Source: Callorhinchus milii (Eukaryota). Taken from it: a stretch of DNA of 64,000 nucleotides. How positions within the stretch are numbered: position 1 is the first letter of the stretch; each line of letters opens with the position of its first letter. A program made the translations under genes and the position numbers. Positions 39,036-49,740 of this stretch are shown one piece after another. The notes under the pieces were generated by a model, which was given only the letters and a program-made list of their open reading frames with translations, was not told where the DNA came from and searched no databases. Location: contig NW_024704743.1 in assembly GCF_018977255.1 (NCBI RefSeq), forward strand, positions 25,670,001 through 25,734,000. Reading direction: 5' to 3'.

Positions 39036-39989
39036 TTGAAAATATGATCCTTTGAAATTTAATTTTACACCAATCATAGAAACGTGTCTGCATCCACACT
39101 TTCCAAACGTCTCTTAAAAAACCACTGACAAGTTTCCCCTTTCGTTTTCCCTGATCAAGAGACAAGAGATTCAAGGGCAACCAACCTGTCCTTGTAGCTT
39201 TGTCGCTTAAATTTGGGGTTCTTACAATTAGAAAAATGACTTGCGCACATGAAATCAACGCAGGCCCACTGAACTCTATTAGCGTTCATTCACACTACAT
39301 TTGAAACCATCTGAAACCAAATCATTTTAGGTTTGTGTGACCTGGCCCTAGATTGAAATTTCCAAACATTGAACTGCTGTGGACTTTGAAAAGAAATGGA
39401 GTGAGAATTGACATTTGATGCCCACAATTCCATCTATTGTGAGCCTGCAAGGCTATTTTCTCTCAGAATTTAAGATTGCGCAGACTGGTGGATAATATGT
39501 GCTCTGAGACATTGCATCACTTGAGGGACACTATATAAATGCAAGTTGTGGTTTGCTGCTGTTGTAGTTAACATATTGACTGGCGCAAGCTTATTGCTTT
39601 CTGACTTCTGATATCAACTGCAGATTACTGCTCATTGCTCCAAACTGAATAAGAATACAAGCGAGCAGTTATAGAACGGCAGAACTGTTCTATAACTTCC
39701 CTCACATTCAGTTTTTATCCTGAGAAGTTTTTTTTATTATTGCCTGAAAGCTAAATGTGCTTTTATTGATTTTTTTGTTGCTTGGGCACTCCAGAGTATC
39801 TGTTGCAGTAATGAAGGAGATTAACCAGTTTTCACTGCATCGTTTGTCATTTGAAAGCACTATCTGGCAAGCTTCCTGCTGCTTGTTGAGCCAGGTCCAC
39901 AATACGTACCTGTCAGAGCTTTGGCTTACAGGGTTAACAGAAGCTTATTATTGCTCTAACCAATACGCTACAATACCTGTGGGATATTC

Positions 39990-40213
39990 GTTAGAGCACT
40001 CGCCTCGCAAACATGGGAACCTGGGTTCGATTCCGGGCAGAACAAAACGTTAGGCAAATTTCCTGACTCCACACGAATATGTTTACCGAGCTGTAAGTAG
40101 GAGCCCGGGTGTTAGTCGATTGGTGGGTTGCTTTTCCGGGGGTAATAATCCCTTCAAAATAATAATAATAATTTGGTTGCTCAATCCACGACTGTTTGTG
40201 GGACACTGCAGTG
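39990..40213 (+). mobile_element. tRNA-derived SINE, family A, lacking its tail
   Basis: gttagagcactcgcctcgcaa...gggttcgattcc and body; stops at gggacactgcagtgc. Confidence 0.85.
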
Positions 40214-41359
40214 CGGTCTTGTTTAAGATCCTGAGGCGATGTTGCGAAAAAGAAGTTTGGAGGAAGGATCTTCGAATAGAATTATAAAGTGCATCACCAA
40301 TGCGAGGCACATGGATGAAACAGCTGGTTTATGCAACAAAAATGTGCAGTTTAGCTGAAGCACTGGAAACATTTGATGCTGGACAGTTAATGAAGGATTA
40401 TTATCTTCTCTTGAGATGATATTTCTGTATTCTATGCTTGAAAAGATTTTTTTTAAAACAGTAAAAAAGATAACTAGATTGTAATATGGAGCTAAGTGTG
40501 ATCTCAGCACCATAATGAGTTATCTAATTATAGCACCGACTTTGTAATCAGCCCAATTAGAAACTGGCACTGCATCAGCGTGTTTGTACAATGTAATCTT
40601 AGGACTAAATATAAATAATTTTTATGGATCACATTAATAAAGTAGAATACTGTACATACATTTTGTGCAACAGATGTCATAACATGTGGAGCAGTGTTAC
40701 CTTCCAGCAGTTCAATGTAGGTGTATTTGCTCCAATCTTACAGAAGTAAGTGAAAGCAGTTAACAGTGTAAGTGTTGTAAGGAAAACTGCTGCATGTGTC
40801 ATAGACAGTGGATGAGAGGGCATAATTATAAAGGAATTTGCAGCTCACTTTTTAGCTGATTGTATCACCTGAGCTCACGGTTTCTGACCGTCAGCGCTGT
40901 CTGTACCCCTTAATGAGATTACTGTCTTGTCATCACGCTCAATGGCCATCATCCTCTAACTAATTGAAATTGAAAGAGTTCAGGTTTGTTTCTGATATCT
41001 CTAAAGGGGCACTGCTACTGTAATCAAGTGCCTTTCAGGTCACATCGACGTGCATTCTCATGGAAGTGAGAGAGGCGTGACTGGAACTTTGGGTGGCAGA
41101 TGGAGCAAGAGTACCGACTACGGCAGAGGCTGGGAGTTTGTTGTAAGGCTGAGGTGTTCACATGATGCACACTGTTAATGGGAAGTGCAGCATGTTTATC
41201 AGCACCGTCTGAATCCCAAGGTGTGTTGGTTCCTGGAAACGCACTCTAGCCTGATGGTGCTCTTGAGGGTAGATCCAAGAGGAACATCGTCGACGTAGCT
41301 TGGGCTAGAAGGGTATCAGCCCCCCACCCCTCCCATCTATCTACAGCTCACCTCCTTGT

Positions 41360-41775
41360 GTCAGCCTGGTCCAGTTGTAGCACTATCGCCTCTGAATCAG
41401 AAGGTTGTAGGTTCAAGACCCGTATCAGGACTTAGAATTACATAGTCTAAGCTGACGCTCCAGTGCATTGCTGGGGATGTGTTGTATTATCGGAAGTGCT
41501 GTCCTTTGGATGAAACATTTAAAAAAAAGTGGATGTTAAAGATCCCATGACACTGTTTGAAAAGAGAAGGGAGTTTCTCCCGGTGTCCTGGTCAACAATC
41601 CCCCAAATAAAATTGGACACTCTATCCAAGGTTTTTATGGGACTTTGCTGTACGCAAATTTGCTGCTGTGTTCGCCCACAAAATAGTCAATTCGCTTTAC
41701 AGTATATGCTGTGAAGCGCTTTGAGACATCTTTAACGACATGATAAGGCGTTCTATCAAATGCAAGGATTATTAA
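41360..41775 (+). mobile_element. tRNA-derived SINE, family B, inserted into an older repeat
   Basis: gtcagcctggtccagttgtagcactatcgcctctgaatcagaaggttgtaggttcaag head, core and tail. Confidence 0.87.
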
Positions 41776-43909
41776 TAGTAGTATTATAATAACATAATAA
41801 TAATAATAACAATCCTTGCATTTGATATAGCACCTTATCACGTCTTAATAAGGGAAGCTGGGAGGGGAAAGCCCTGAGGAGGACCACAGCCAATTCTCCG
41901 AGCAGCCTAAACCCTCAGCACCGCAGGCCCCCTCTTGCCCCTCTTCCCAACTCATCAACGGCGCCCGCCCACCTCCATGTCCAGTTTACTGCTCGTTGGG
42001 GCATCCTCACCTCTGATTGCCCAATGGACCTGTCAGGCAAGCCAACGGTTAACGTGTCTTAAAGGGGACCGACCAAAGAATATTTTCACCTGCTGGCTAT
42101 GAAGAGGGGTCTGGGGGGAATATTTTTTTCTCTTATTGTAGCCATGGGAGTCTTGGGAAACGGTGACTGACACCTTCTAGGCTTCTGTAAACTAGTGTTG
42201 TAACGTCCACTCTAGCTGTATGCATGATTTATTTCTCGGTACAACAACAGCTTGCATTTATATTGCGCCCTTCACAAGGGGTAGGTCTCGGAGCACTTAA
42301 ATAAAGCAGGCTATTAAATATCACCTTTGATTAAAATCTCATAAGAAGGGCCCCAGGTTCCATTGTTGGTCAGTCCTGCGTTCGCTGAAGAGACAGTAGA
42401 TATACGCTATAATTCAGCTTCATGCTGCTGAGCTAAGAGACTAATCTGCCTGCTCCTGATTATTACACAGTGACTCCTGCTGGAAAGTGTATGCAGTCAT
42501 AGCATTGCTTGCTCCATCTCCCTTGCTGTTCATCCTCTCACATTGGAATGAGTTAACAGTGAATCTCACCATCAGTCTGTTTTGTTTTACTATGGGGCTA
42601 GGTCTCAGATTTTGTGGCCTTCAGGGAAGAGAGATGCTTTTGGAAAACATTTGAAGAATTGACAGCCCAAGAGACCAGAGTAAACTGATAAGCATCGCTA
42701 TCTGGTATTGTCTCACTTTGCTTTTTGCTGGCACTCTGACTCAACAGCTGTTGGGCTGGCTGCAACCCATGTTTGCCTGCAAGCACACAGCCACTACACA
42801 GAATTGTAATTACTATGAAGCTTTTTGAGATGTTTCAACATGATAGACATTGTCTAAATCACAGATTATCTTTGCTGCCTAAATGCGATGCACTTCTGTG
42901 TCTCACAAATAAAGCTGTCCTGCTTCCAGTAAAATGAACTTGTGCTGTGGATTCATCTCAAATTGCAACATGTAGCTCTGTTCCTACATATTGACAACAA
43001 CATTTCGCCACCAGATTGTTGACTTGATCCTGGGCAGGTTCCCAGCGAAGCTTAAAGCATTAGGATATGGTATTCAGACCAGAAGATAAACCACCGCAGT
43101 AAAGAAAGTCCAATAATGTGTCTACACCGATGCATTTTACTGGGAAATGTGCCCTAAGTAATTGGTAGAGTTCCAGGCAATTTAGTTCAGATATTCCCAG
43201 CATGTCATTTGTTAGTTTTTTTTACTGTATTATTTTTTGCCTCATTAATACTTGGTGAGCCCAGATATAAAGACAAAATAGTACATTTCATTAATATCTT
43301 TGTAAATCAATCAGACAGTGGACTTGTGACATTATACTTTCAGCTGTATGAGCAAAGAAACAATATCATAAATTAGACTCCTAAAGCCAGACAACGTGAC
43401 ACAGGGAAATATTGGTTCTTGGCTCCACTGATTGCGTAAAGACACTACCTGATCGGGAGAGCATTAATCTCCCTCAGGGGGATTACTGCAGTCTTATGTT
43501 AAAATAATAATAAGCTTTGCATTTGATACAGCAAAATGTTGTCTATCACAGTGCTTCATAGGATATACTGTAAAGTGATATAAATTCAAATTGTTGTTGC
43601 TGAACTCTGAGGTGGTATTCTCTTAGGTCAAGGGAAATGCCAAATTAGTTCCTTATTAAGAAATACTGCAAACTAGACCCCATTCTTTTCCACGAATAGT
43701 ATATGTAGTAAGTTCTTATCATTCCGATTGCAAGGCACTCCATCCACACAGCGCACCCAGTTTTGTTGCCATTCATTCCTGAATACATTTCCTAGTCAGT
43801 AAGCAAGCTTTTAGTGCTTCAGCAGTTAGAGCACAGAATTCACCAGGAGAACAGCTCCAACATTCAGTCAGTACTTGATAATAAATCTTACACAATGTTT
43901 GCATTTTTT

Positions 43910-44292
43910 GGAGTTCTGTAGCTTAGTTCAGCGCCTTGGGACGTCCTCCCGACGTGAAAGGCGCTATACAAATGTAATCTTGTTGTGGTTAGAGCACTCG
44001 ATTCGTAAGCAAGAGGACCTGGGTTCGATTCCCAAGGAGAGTGAAACATTGTGCAAGTTTCCTTAATCCACATCCGTTGTTTACCTAGCAGCAAGCAGGA
44101 ATCCAGTTGTTAATAATCATAATTTGGTCACTCAATCCGCGACTGTTTGCGGGACACTGCTGTGCGCAATTGACAGCCGTGTTTCACCCATAAAATATAC
44201 AGTCACTTCACTTTACAGTATATTCTGTGAAGCGCTTTGAGACATCTCGAAGATGTGATAATTGCTGTATCAAATGTAAGGATTATTATTAT
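43910..44292 (+). mobile_element. tRNA-derived SINE, family A, with a tail-only insertion in its A box
   Basis: ggagttctgtagcttag, then an insertion at about 43927-43985, then tggttagagcactcg and a normal body and tail. Confidence 0.88.
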
Positions 44293-44782
44293 TTCAAACC
44301 ATTGTTTGATTCTGAGGGTTTTAGATTTCAAGGTTAGAAAAAAGAATTAAACTTTGTCGTTCGCTCACAACCTCCAGTGTTGAAAAGGATTAAGGGTGTC
44401 AAGAAGTCTCCAGCCATATCTGTTACTTGGAACAGTATCTAAGCTCGCTCTGCCAATAAACTGTTAAGAATACAGGGCTGTGTGATTCATCTGCTAGTTT
44501 AGTAGCATTTCATATTTAGACAGTGGGTAATTTATAGCCGTGCCCCAGTAATAAATCTGATTATACGGTATGGATTATATCAATAACTGAAGTGCTGCAG
44601 GATAAATGTTTATTTAGATATGAGAGTGTTAATACATTGTATGGCACCGTTCATCCAAGAAGCACAGAGTGTTTGGGTGAGGAAGCAAAGCTACAGAGTG
44701 AGAGTCTAAGCAGGTTACGTGGTTACTCTGTCAAGTAATGGCAAGACCACGTGAGGTGGTGGTGTGATATCCAGTAGTGAAT

Positions 44783-45100
44783 GTAAGCTTGGCTCAGTGA
44801 TAGTACTCTCACCTCTGAGGCTGTGGTTCAAGTCCCACGTTGTGACTTGAACTCACGTAGTCCCGGACTGACACTCCAGTGCAGTGCTGGGTGTGTGTTG
44901 CATTGTCAGAGGTGCCGACCTTTCGATGAAATGTTAAACCGAGGTCCCGTCTGCTTGTTCAGGTGGACATTAAAGATCCCATGGCACTATTCAAGAGAAG
45001 GTAATTTCTCCCCCTCCCCGGTGTCCTATCCAATAATCCCCAAAATAAAATTGGTCATTCATTTCACCGCTGTTCGTGGGACATTGCTGTGGGAAATTGT
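44783..45100 (+). mobile_element. tRNA-derived SINE, family B; tail displaced to about 45215-45295
   Basis: Head and core gatgaaatgttaaaccgaggtcccgtctgcttgttcaggtggacattaaagatcccatggcac. Confidence 0.85.
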
Positions 45101-45431
45101 GACCATAGTTCCACAGGACTGCTGTGTTGTGAGTGAACTTACCCTCTACCGGAGGCATTTATAATGGGGTTATCCTGTATATAAAGGCATAAAATTAGAA
45201 TTATGATGTGATTATTTACAGTAAGTCCTGTGAAATGCTTTGAGATGTCTCGACGACGTGATAAGGCATTATATCAAATGCAAGGGTTATTTATTATAAG
45301 ACACATGAAGGATATTATACGACTGCAAGTTGTTGAATTGATTTGCAAAGCCTAGCTGGGAAGACAAAACCACACAAATAATGACTAATCTGGAACTGAA
45401 GTGGAGAGTGCAGTGTTATCAGCACAGAAAT

Positions 45432-46005
45432 AATAAGCTTACATTTGTATAGCATTTATAACCTCAAAGTATCTCAAAGCACTGTATAGTAGTTATTGTC
45501 AATCTAGTGTCTGTTTTTTTTAATAAGTAAAAAGGACTGCCCATTTTATGCACAGCAAACTCCTACAAACAGCCATGAGGTGAATGAGTAAATTTTTCTG
45601 GAGTACTGTTGTCCAGGACACCCTAAAGCCACTCCTTTCTCTTTTCAAATAGTGACATGGGTCTTTTAGCATCTGTTTGAGTAGAACCGTGGTTTAAGGT
45701 AGTGCTGGCCAACATTTTCTTGATCGAATATTTCTTGATGTATGCCATAAATCCAGAAATATTCAATCAAGAAGAACCTGAAAACACATTGCTGATTGAA
45801 CATGGTCTTACTCAGTTCCGTGCGAATGTTCGGTGGGGCAGGGCACGTCTTGATGGCCCAAGGGGCCATTTTTGACCCGGGCCACAGGTTGACCACCACT
45901 GGTTTAAGATCTCATCCAAAGGACTACATCTCCGATAATACAGTGTGTCCCCAGCACTGGACTGGAATATCAGCCTGGACACATTGGTCAAAGTCCCACA
46001 GTAAA
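45432..46005 (-). mobile_element. Old SINE family B interrupted by a hAT-type MITE
   Basis: SINE core ...gtggtttaa/gatctcatccaaaggac... is split at 45700-45901. Confidence 0.7.
45700..45901. mobile_element. hAT-type non-autonomous DNA transposon (MITE)
   Basis: Imperfect TIRs tagtgctggccaac and gttgaccaccactg. 8-bp flanks GTTTAAGG (45692-45699) and GTTTAAGA (45902-45909). Confidence 0.75.
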
Positions 46006-47178
46006 CAAATCCTCAACTTTGACTACCATTAACATCTTGCCTGTGCCCCCAGGCAAAATCACTGCTTTTTTTTATTACTTCAGCTACACCAGAGAGTACT
46101 GGGAAGATTTTTCTGATGTAAACAAATGTTTCCAGGTATTTGCTTAAATCTGTCTTTAAGCCAAGTCTCTTGGCTTGGAAGTTTTTTGTGGAGCATTTAT
46201 AGTGTATGGGTTTACATTGACACTGTTATCTTGGAGTGAAATAAGTAAACCTTTGCACCTGCATAAAGTTGTACAATGTAGATGGAATATTGCTAGTATG
46301 AAGCTTCAATATAGGCTTAGAGTCTTTAGTGCGAAACATATTCTTATTTGTATAAGAATTCTTGTAACGTATGTTAGTATTATTATCTATTTGTGTGGTT
46401 TTGTCTTCCCAGCTAGGCTTTGCAAATCAATTCAACAACTTGCAGTCGTATAGTACCCTTCATGTGTCTTATAATAAATAACCCTTGCATTTGATAGAGC
46501 ACCTTATCACGTCGTCGAGACATCTCAAAGCATTTCACACAGGACATACTGTAAAGTGTAGTGACTATGTATTTTGTGGGCAAAATATCCTCTTGATTCA
46601 TTCTCCTCTTGCAGGGAGAGGTGATATTCTAATTCATATCAAAAATGGATTGTGTTATTCATTTGTTTGAATGAATTCGGAGTCAGGCAAATCACAATTA
46701 GTTACCATATATTTATTTGTTTATTTATTTATTGTTCAGCTGGGTGTTTGATACATGTGGAAAAACTCATCACCACACTTAAGTGTATCCAAATCAAACA
46801 TGGAAATTCCTGCGATAACCATTAATTTACTACAAGTAGGTTTCACTCTGCATTATAATTGTAAATATTATGGATGGAATATGTGTTTGTCTTTCTGGAT
46901 ACTCTCTTGATATATGAAACATTATTTCCCAAATAGCTTTTAGTTGGACATTTCACTAAACAATTCACAGGTGATACACAATAAAAACAATGTAATAAAT
47001 ATCAGCAGAGTAACAGTAGCACTTGAGGTAATGGATACATTGTTTAACAGCCAGTAATAAAAAGCCGAAAAGATAGGAACAGAGAGTAAAGCAAGAGATT
47101 AGCCAACCTAGCAAATGCTTTTACTTTTAATAATTATTTTTGGTCCTTTTGATAGTGTTCCTCACCCCCACCCACACT

Positions 47179-47200
47179 CCCCCCCCCCCCCCCCCCCCCC
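47179..47200. repeat. Poly-C run (22 nt) in a C-rich tract
   Basis: Directly visible. It accounts for the poly-Pro ORFs in the track. Confidence 0.95.
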
Positions 47201-48689
47201 GCCCCCGCCAAAAGCCATCATTGAGCTCAGCTCCTCTGGGCCTGGCTTGTATCATCGTGCTGCTATCATGGGTGAAACCCTCTTGCTGGTCATTTATCGA
47301 ACCCCCTTGGTACAGGAAAGACCAGTGTTTCTGTCAGTGGTCTCGCTGTAGCCATGTTATCTATTGCCAGGGAGACATTTTACTCAAGAGTTTTATCTTA
47401 TGTTGATCGGATGAGTCAAAAGCCCCTTCTGCCTGTTCAGGTGGATGTTAAAGATCCTTTAGCATGATTCAAAAAGAGTAGGTAGCCCCTCCCGGTGTTC
47501 TTGCTAACACAAGTTATTAATCTTGTGAAACACTTTGAATTGCTCTCATTGTTAAAAGTGTGATATCAAATGCAGGGATTATTCTTAAAATGACTTCTTC
47601 CCGAAACCTTAAGTTGCCTGTGTCCTTCTTTGCAATCTGGCTGGATTGAAGCTCATCTGTATGTCTGAACTGAACAAGTGAATACATATGCAATACAGCA
47701 TTCCTGTGGCACACAATGATTCACTGTCGCTGAACTGTGACATAACTGTGTAAATGTTTACTGCAAAACTTGCTCTCATTAGTACACTGTTAAGAATGTG
47801 ACTTTGTCTCATTTTGAAGTGAATAGTGCTCAGTCTAACCAAATAGCAGTAAATAACAATCTGAAGGCTGGAGAGTGGGTTGAAGGAGGAAAGTAAAGGA
47901 TTGCTTCATTTAAGTAATAACATCCAATAATGTGTAAAGTACTAGGGGGATTTAGGATTACAGGCTACCACAGGTAAGAGTCCTCCACATAATGCTGTAA
48001 AATCCAAACACTATTTCCAGTTTACAAAGAGCTGCATTTTCTACCTCCATTTGCTGCAGATGTAAACAGATTACATAACATTTTTAAATTCTTGTTACTC
48101 TTAATTTCCACTTGTTTTTCCTTATTTTCTGTTTCTCTTTTCCCTGGGCTAAGGACTGCTGGGGATTGTCAGAACTGTTTGGAAATCTACTTCTCAACCT
48201 CTTAATTCTGCTGTGAGCGGGCAGCTTGGAGGTGTGTGAGAGAGACCCAGCGAGTGGGTGACTAATGCTCCCTTCACCATGGTGTACTCCACCCAGCTCT
48301 TCCTCACAGTGTAGTGATTGAAGTCAGGAGATACAATACTTCAAAAATTTACATTTATATAACACCTTTCATGTCGGGATGAGGTTCTAAGATCCTTAAC
48401 AATCCTTGCTTGGCACTCGATGTTCCAAAGCAGAGAAGGTTTGGAGGGGAAAGATGATTGAAAGCGTGGTTAAGTAGATTGTGAGAAGAGTTTGAATGAT
48501 GTGAGGTAGCTCTTGAGACGAGCTTGAATGACATGAGGTGAGAGAGCGAGTTGGAGGGACTCTGGGATTGAGTTCCAGAGAGTGAGTGCCAAAAGTATGA
48601 AAGCTAGGGAGTGACAGTGTTGGGCATGCTCGGTGATGCTCTATTACTAAGCTTAACAGCAGATCAAACACAAAACAAATTACCCTGAG

Positions 48690-48810
48690 GCGAGATGAAG
48701 ATTAGAAATGTCTTTTTCCCTAAGGGAGTACTACATCTATGGAATATACTCCTGTTGAACGCAGTTTGAAGCAGTGCCAGGTAAGTACTTTAAGCAAGGA
48801 TACTGATGTA
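48690..48810 (+). mobile_element. CR1 remnant
   Basis: IRNVFFPKGVLHLWNILL resembles the CR1 C-terminal motif FFxxRVVxxWNxLP. Confidence 0.5.
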
Positions 48811-49539
48811 CATAGTTTCACTATTGCCATTATAATATTGCTACTTCGACGACTTGCAACGGTGGCATGAAGCTAGAGACGCTGGCATTTTCCGAGCCTC
48901 CACTACTGTTAGACTCTGGATGTTCGGTAGACCTCTTGCAGCAGCTGAATTATTGTGAATAATTTGGCGTTGTTGCATTAGTGTGGCAGTGACGTCAGAC
49001 TGGAAGCATCATAATCCCAATTTTTGTGATTCTTTACCCAAATAGTGATGGCACAGGGCAGGCTGAGAGACAGCCTGAAAACAAGATACTGTGCACTCTG
49101 CCTCTTATTTCCTTTGCAGTTACACTGGCGGTATTTGGGCTGCAGATTGTAAAAAATGAATAGTTCATGTGCAAGTGATGTTATGCGTGTGCACAGAGAA
49201 CGTCCTCCCCTCTGGCACTTGTTATCCCCACCCCAAAATAGGCTTTTGGGAGATTTGGTGGCGGAAAAAACGACTTTTTCATGTTCTGAGTTGCCTTCTG
49301 AGGCAAATCCATTATGTGATGTAAAGCATTCACCTTCAAAGTAAACAGTCACTTCACTTTACAGTACATTTCATGAAGCGCTTTGAGACATCCTCCTAAC
49401 CCGAACAGTGCTATATGAAATGCAAAATTTATTGTTGTCATCATGTAAAAGTTGCATAAGAATGTTTTTTTGCAAGTTAAAGGGATGTGCAGAAACAGTT
49501 GATCAAGGATCCTATGAAACATAATGAGACCATAGAAAT

Positions 49540-49740
49540 CACCGTGAAATCACCACTCAGCAGGTCAGGCAGCATCTATGGAGAAAGGAAAGTGAATCAA
49601 CATTTCGATCTGACGAAGGGTTCTGCACCCGAAACGTTGACTCACTTTCCTTTCTCCATAGATGCTGCCTGCCCTGCTCAATGTTCCCAGCGACTTCTGT
49701 TTTTGTTTCAGATTTCCAGCATCTGCAGTATTTTACATTG
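49540..49740 (+). mobile_element. Short Penelope-derived fold-back element (pseudo-LTR only)
   Basis: Same terminal sequence as the 26.2-27.4 kb element (ctccatagatgctgcc...gatttccagcatctgcagtatttt). Inverted arms at about 49555-49607 and 49630-49683. Flanked by TGAGACCATAGAAAT at 49525-49539 and 49741-49755. Confidence 0.85.
49610..49642 (+). ncRNA. Minimal hammerhead-ribozyme-like core in the fold-back element
   Basis: CTGACGA-a-gggt tctgc accc-GAAA-CGTT-gact. Perfect 4-bp stem II; the 5' strand of stem I is lost at the inversion junction. Confidence 0.5.

Noticed and set aside
40892..40912. REST/NRSE site, which would favour a KCC2 identity
   Set aside because: Only a half-site (gcgctgtc) matches. 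Other TCAGCACC half-sites (about 6544, 40504, 41199) also lack partners.
47115..47406. Poly-proline ORFs
   Set aside because: Produced by the poly-C run, whose length may itself be a sequencing artefact.
47930..47978. ATG...CAG|GTAAGA as a first exon
   Set aside because: Ends in phase 2, out of frame with exon 2, with no promoter features.
48739..48786. Perfect donor CAG|GTAAGT with an upstream ATG as another first exon
   Set aside because: The open ATG frame ends in phase 0, incompatible with the phase 1 exon 2, and the sequence looks like a CR1 remnant.
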